Assembly (NCBI GenBank): GCA_947631445.1
Contig: CANRLN010000006.1
Span: 6,216 to 30,215, forward strand
Direction: 5' to 3'
DNA length: 24,000 nt
DNA from: an uncultured Clostridia bacterium
GTDB taxonomy: Bacteria > Bacillota > Clostridia > Oscillospirales > Ruminococcaceae
This document shows positions 22,430 to 24,000 of the stretch, one piece after another. Numbering within the stretch: position 1 is the first letter of the stretch; every line of letters begins with the position of its first letter. Below the pieces are notes generated by a model. It saw only the letters and a list, made by a program, of their open reading frames with translations. It was not told the origin of the DNA and did no database searches. Both the position numbers and the translations under genes were made by a program.

Positions 22430-24000
22430 ATGGGCTTAACGCTTACAGAAAAAATTCTTAAAAACCACATTGTTGATGGTGAATTTGTCAAGGGAAAGGA
22501 AATTGGCATAAGAATTGACCAAACTCTTACACAGGATGCTACGGGTACAATGGCTTACCTCGAATTTGAGGCAATGGGTGTTCCTCGTGTTCGCACCGAA
22601 CGTTCGGTAGCTTACATCGACCACAATACCCTCCAGTCGGGTTTTGAAAATGCTGACGACCATAGATTTATTGGTTCGGTTGCTAAAAAACATGGTATTT
22701 ATTTTTCACGTCCCGGAAACGGTATTTGCCATCAGGTTCACCTTGAAAGATTTGGTATCCCCGGAAAGACACTTATCGGTTCGGACAGCCATACCCCAAC
22801 CGGTGGCGGTATTGGTATGATTGCTATTGGTGCAGGCGGACTTGATGTTGCGGTTGCAATGGGTGGCGGTGCTTACTACATCACCTATCCTAAGGTTGTA
22901 AAGGTTGAGCTTAAGGGAAAACTTTCTCCATGGGTTGCTGCTAAAGATGTTATCCTTGAAGTACTCCGCATTATGTCGGTTAAGGGTGGCGTTGGCAAGG
23001 TTATTGAATACTGTGGAGAGGGTGTTAAAACACTTTCCGTTCCTGAACGTGCTACCATTACAAATATGGGTGCTGAACTCGGTGCTACAACCTCTATTTT
23101 CCCATCTGACGAAATTACCCTTGAATTTTTAAAGGCTCAGGGCAGAGAGGAAGTTTGGACAGAGCTTAAGGCTGATGATGATGCTGAATATGACGAACAT
23201 ATTGTTATTGACCTGTCTACCCTCAAGCCTCTTGCTGCTTGTCCTCACTCTCCCGACAACGTTAAGCCTATTTCTGAACTTGCTGGTCAGAAAATTGACC
23301 AGGTATGTATTGGTTCATGTACAAACTCATCTTTTGTTGATATGATGAAGGTTGCTCATATTCTTAAGGGCAAAACGGTTAATCCAGATGTTTCTCTTGC
23401 AATTGCTCCCGGTTCAAAACAAGTGCTTAACATGATTGCTCAAAACGGTGCATTGTCGGATATGATTGATGCAGGAGCAAGAATACTTGAATCTGCTTGC
23501 GGTCCTTGCATTGGTATGGGTCAGTCGCCTAATTCAAAGGGTATTTCCCTTAGAACATTCAACAGAAACTTTGAGGGACGCTCTGGCACAAAGGACGGTC
23601 AAATCTACCTTGTTTCGCCAGAAGTTGCGGCAGTATCTGCTCTTACCGGTGTGTTCACCGACCCAACAGAGGCTCTTGGCGAAATGCCAGAATTTAAGCT
23701 TCCCGAAAAATTTGTTATCAACGACAATATGGTTTCTGCTCCTGTTGACGAAAAGGATATGGATAGCGTCGAAATTCTTAGAGGTCCAAACATTAAGCCT
23801 TTCCCACAGACATCTCCACTTGATGAAAGCATTGATTGTCAGGTTTCACTTAAGGTTGGCGACAATATCACAACCGACCATATTATGCCTGCTGGTGCTA
23901 AAATTTTGCCGCTTCGTTCAAATATCCCTGCTATTTCTCAGCACTGCTTTACCGTTTGCGATGAGGCTTTCCCAAACCGTGCAAAGAACATGGGTAAATC
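22430..24000 (+). CDS. Aconitate hydratase (aconitase), 3' end outside the window
   Basis: Open frame from ATG 22430 to the window edge; not in the track because it has no stop. My translation MGLTLTEKILKNHIV...IRIDQTLTQDATGTM...GSDSHTPTGGG...VCIGSCTNSS...ACGPCIGMGQ...NRNFEGRSG contains the three Fe-S cluster cysteine motifs and substrate-binding motifs of the aconitase family. Confidence 0.93.
   Translation, partial: MGLTLTEKILKNHIVDGEFVKGKEIGIRIDQTLTQDATGTMAYLEFEAMGVPRVRTERSVAYIDHNTLQSGFENADDHRFIGSVAKKHGIYFSRPGNGICHQVHLERFGIPGKTLIGSDSHTPTGGGIGMIAIGAGGLDVAVAMGGGAYYITYPKVVKVELKGKLSPWVAAKDVILEVLRIMSVKGGVGKVIEYCGEGVKTLSVPERATITNMGAELGATTSIFPSDEITLEFLKAQGREEVWTELKADDDAEYDEHIVIDLSTLKPLAACPHSPDNVKPISELAGQKIDQVCIGSCTNSSFVDMMKVAHILKGKTVNPDVSLAIAPGSKQVLNMIAQNGALSDMIDAGARILESACGPCIGMGQSPNSKGISLRTFNRNFEGRSGTKDGQIYLVSPEVAAVSALTGVFTDPTEALGEMPEFKLPEKFVINDNMVSAPVDEKDMDSVEILRGPNIKPFPQTSPLDESIDCQVSLKVGDNITTDHIMPAGAKILPLRSNIPAISQHCFTVCDEAFPNRAKNMGK

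Noticed and set aside
1-24000. Screened the whole window for mobile-element or defence-island hallmarks: integrase, transposase, terminal inverted repeats, tRNA attachment sites, restriction/modification, Cas, abortive-infection ATPases.
   Set aside because: None were found. The only accessory-looking genes (LRR protein, dockerin-GH74, small PBECR-like ORF) are not flanked by repeats or recombinases that I could see.

Overview
AT-rich, low-GC Firmicutes (Clostridia-like) chromosomal segment, densely coding. I found no rRNA, tRNA, CRISPR array, transposase or integrase.

Plus strand, left part: the 3' end of a BspA-type leucine-rich-repeat protein, a membrane-anchored S11 D,D-carboxypeptidase behind a near-consensus sigma-A promoter, and the DAK2-fusion protein YloV.

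Minus strand, convergent with these: aspartate kinase followed by an apgM-like metalloenzyme (probably the non-orthologous homoserine kinase). Next comes a single-gene accessory insert encoding a secreted GH74-type enzyme with an N-terminal dockerin.

Minus strand, about 12.3 kb with almost no intergenic space: tepA, uppP, ftsK/spoIIIE, a ComEC-type MBL hydrolase, DUF3006, an rpiR-family regulator, an HI0933-type flavoprotein, a small orphan ORF, a csbB-like GT2 and a yfhO-like GT-C. It runs from one good promoter (about 22002-22030) to one strong terminator (about 9503-9535).

Right edge, plus strand: an aconitate hydratase gene runs off the window, preceded by a leader carrying a triplicated 9-bp motif.

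I see no recognisable defence or mobile system. The most unusual items are:
- a 244-aa tandem-repeat, polybasic C-terminal tail on the YfhO glycosyltransferase
- the orphan 122-aa ORF (a possible PBECR/RNase-like fold) wedged into the operon
- the uncharacterised MBL + DUF3006 pair, translationally coupled to ftsK
- the dockerin-GH74 gene
- the aconitase leader repeats

All functional calls come from reading motifs in the supplied translations. No database search was possible.
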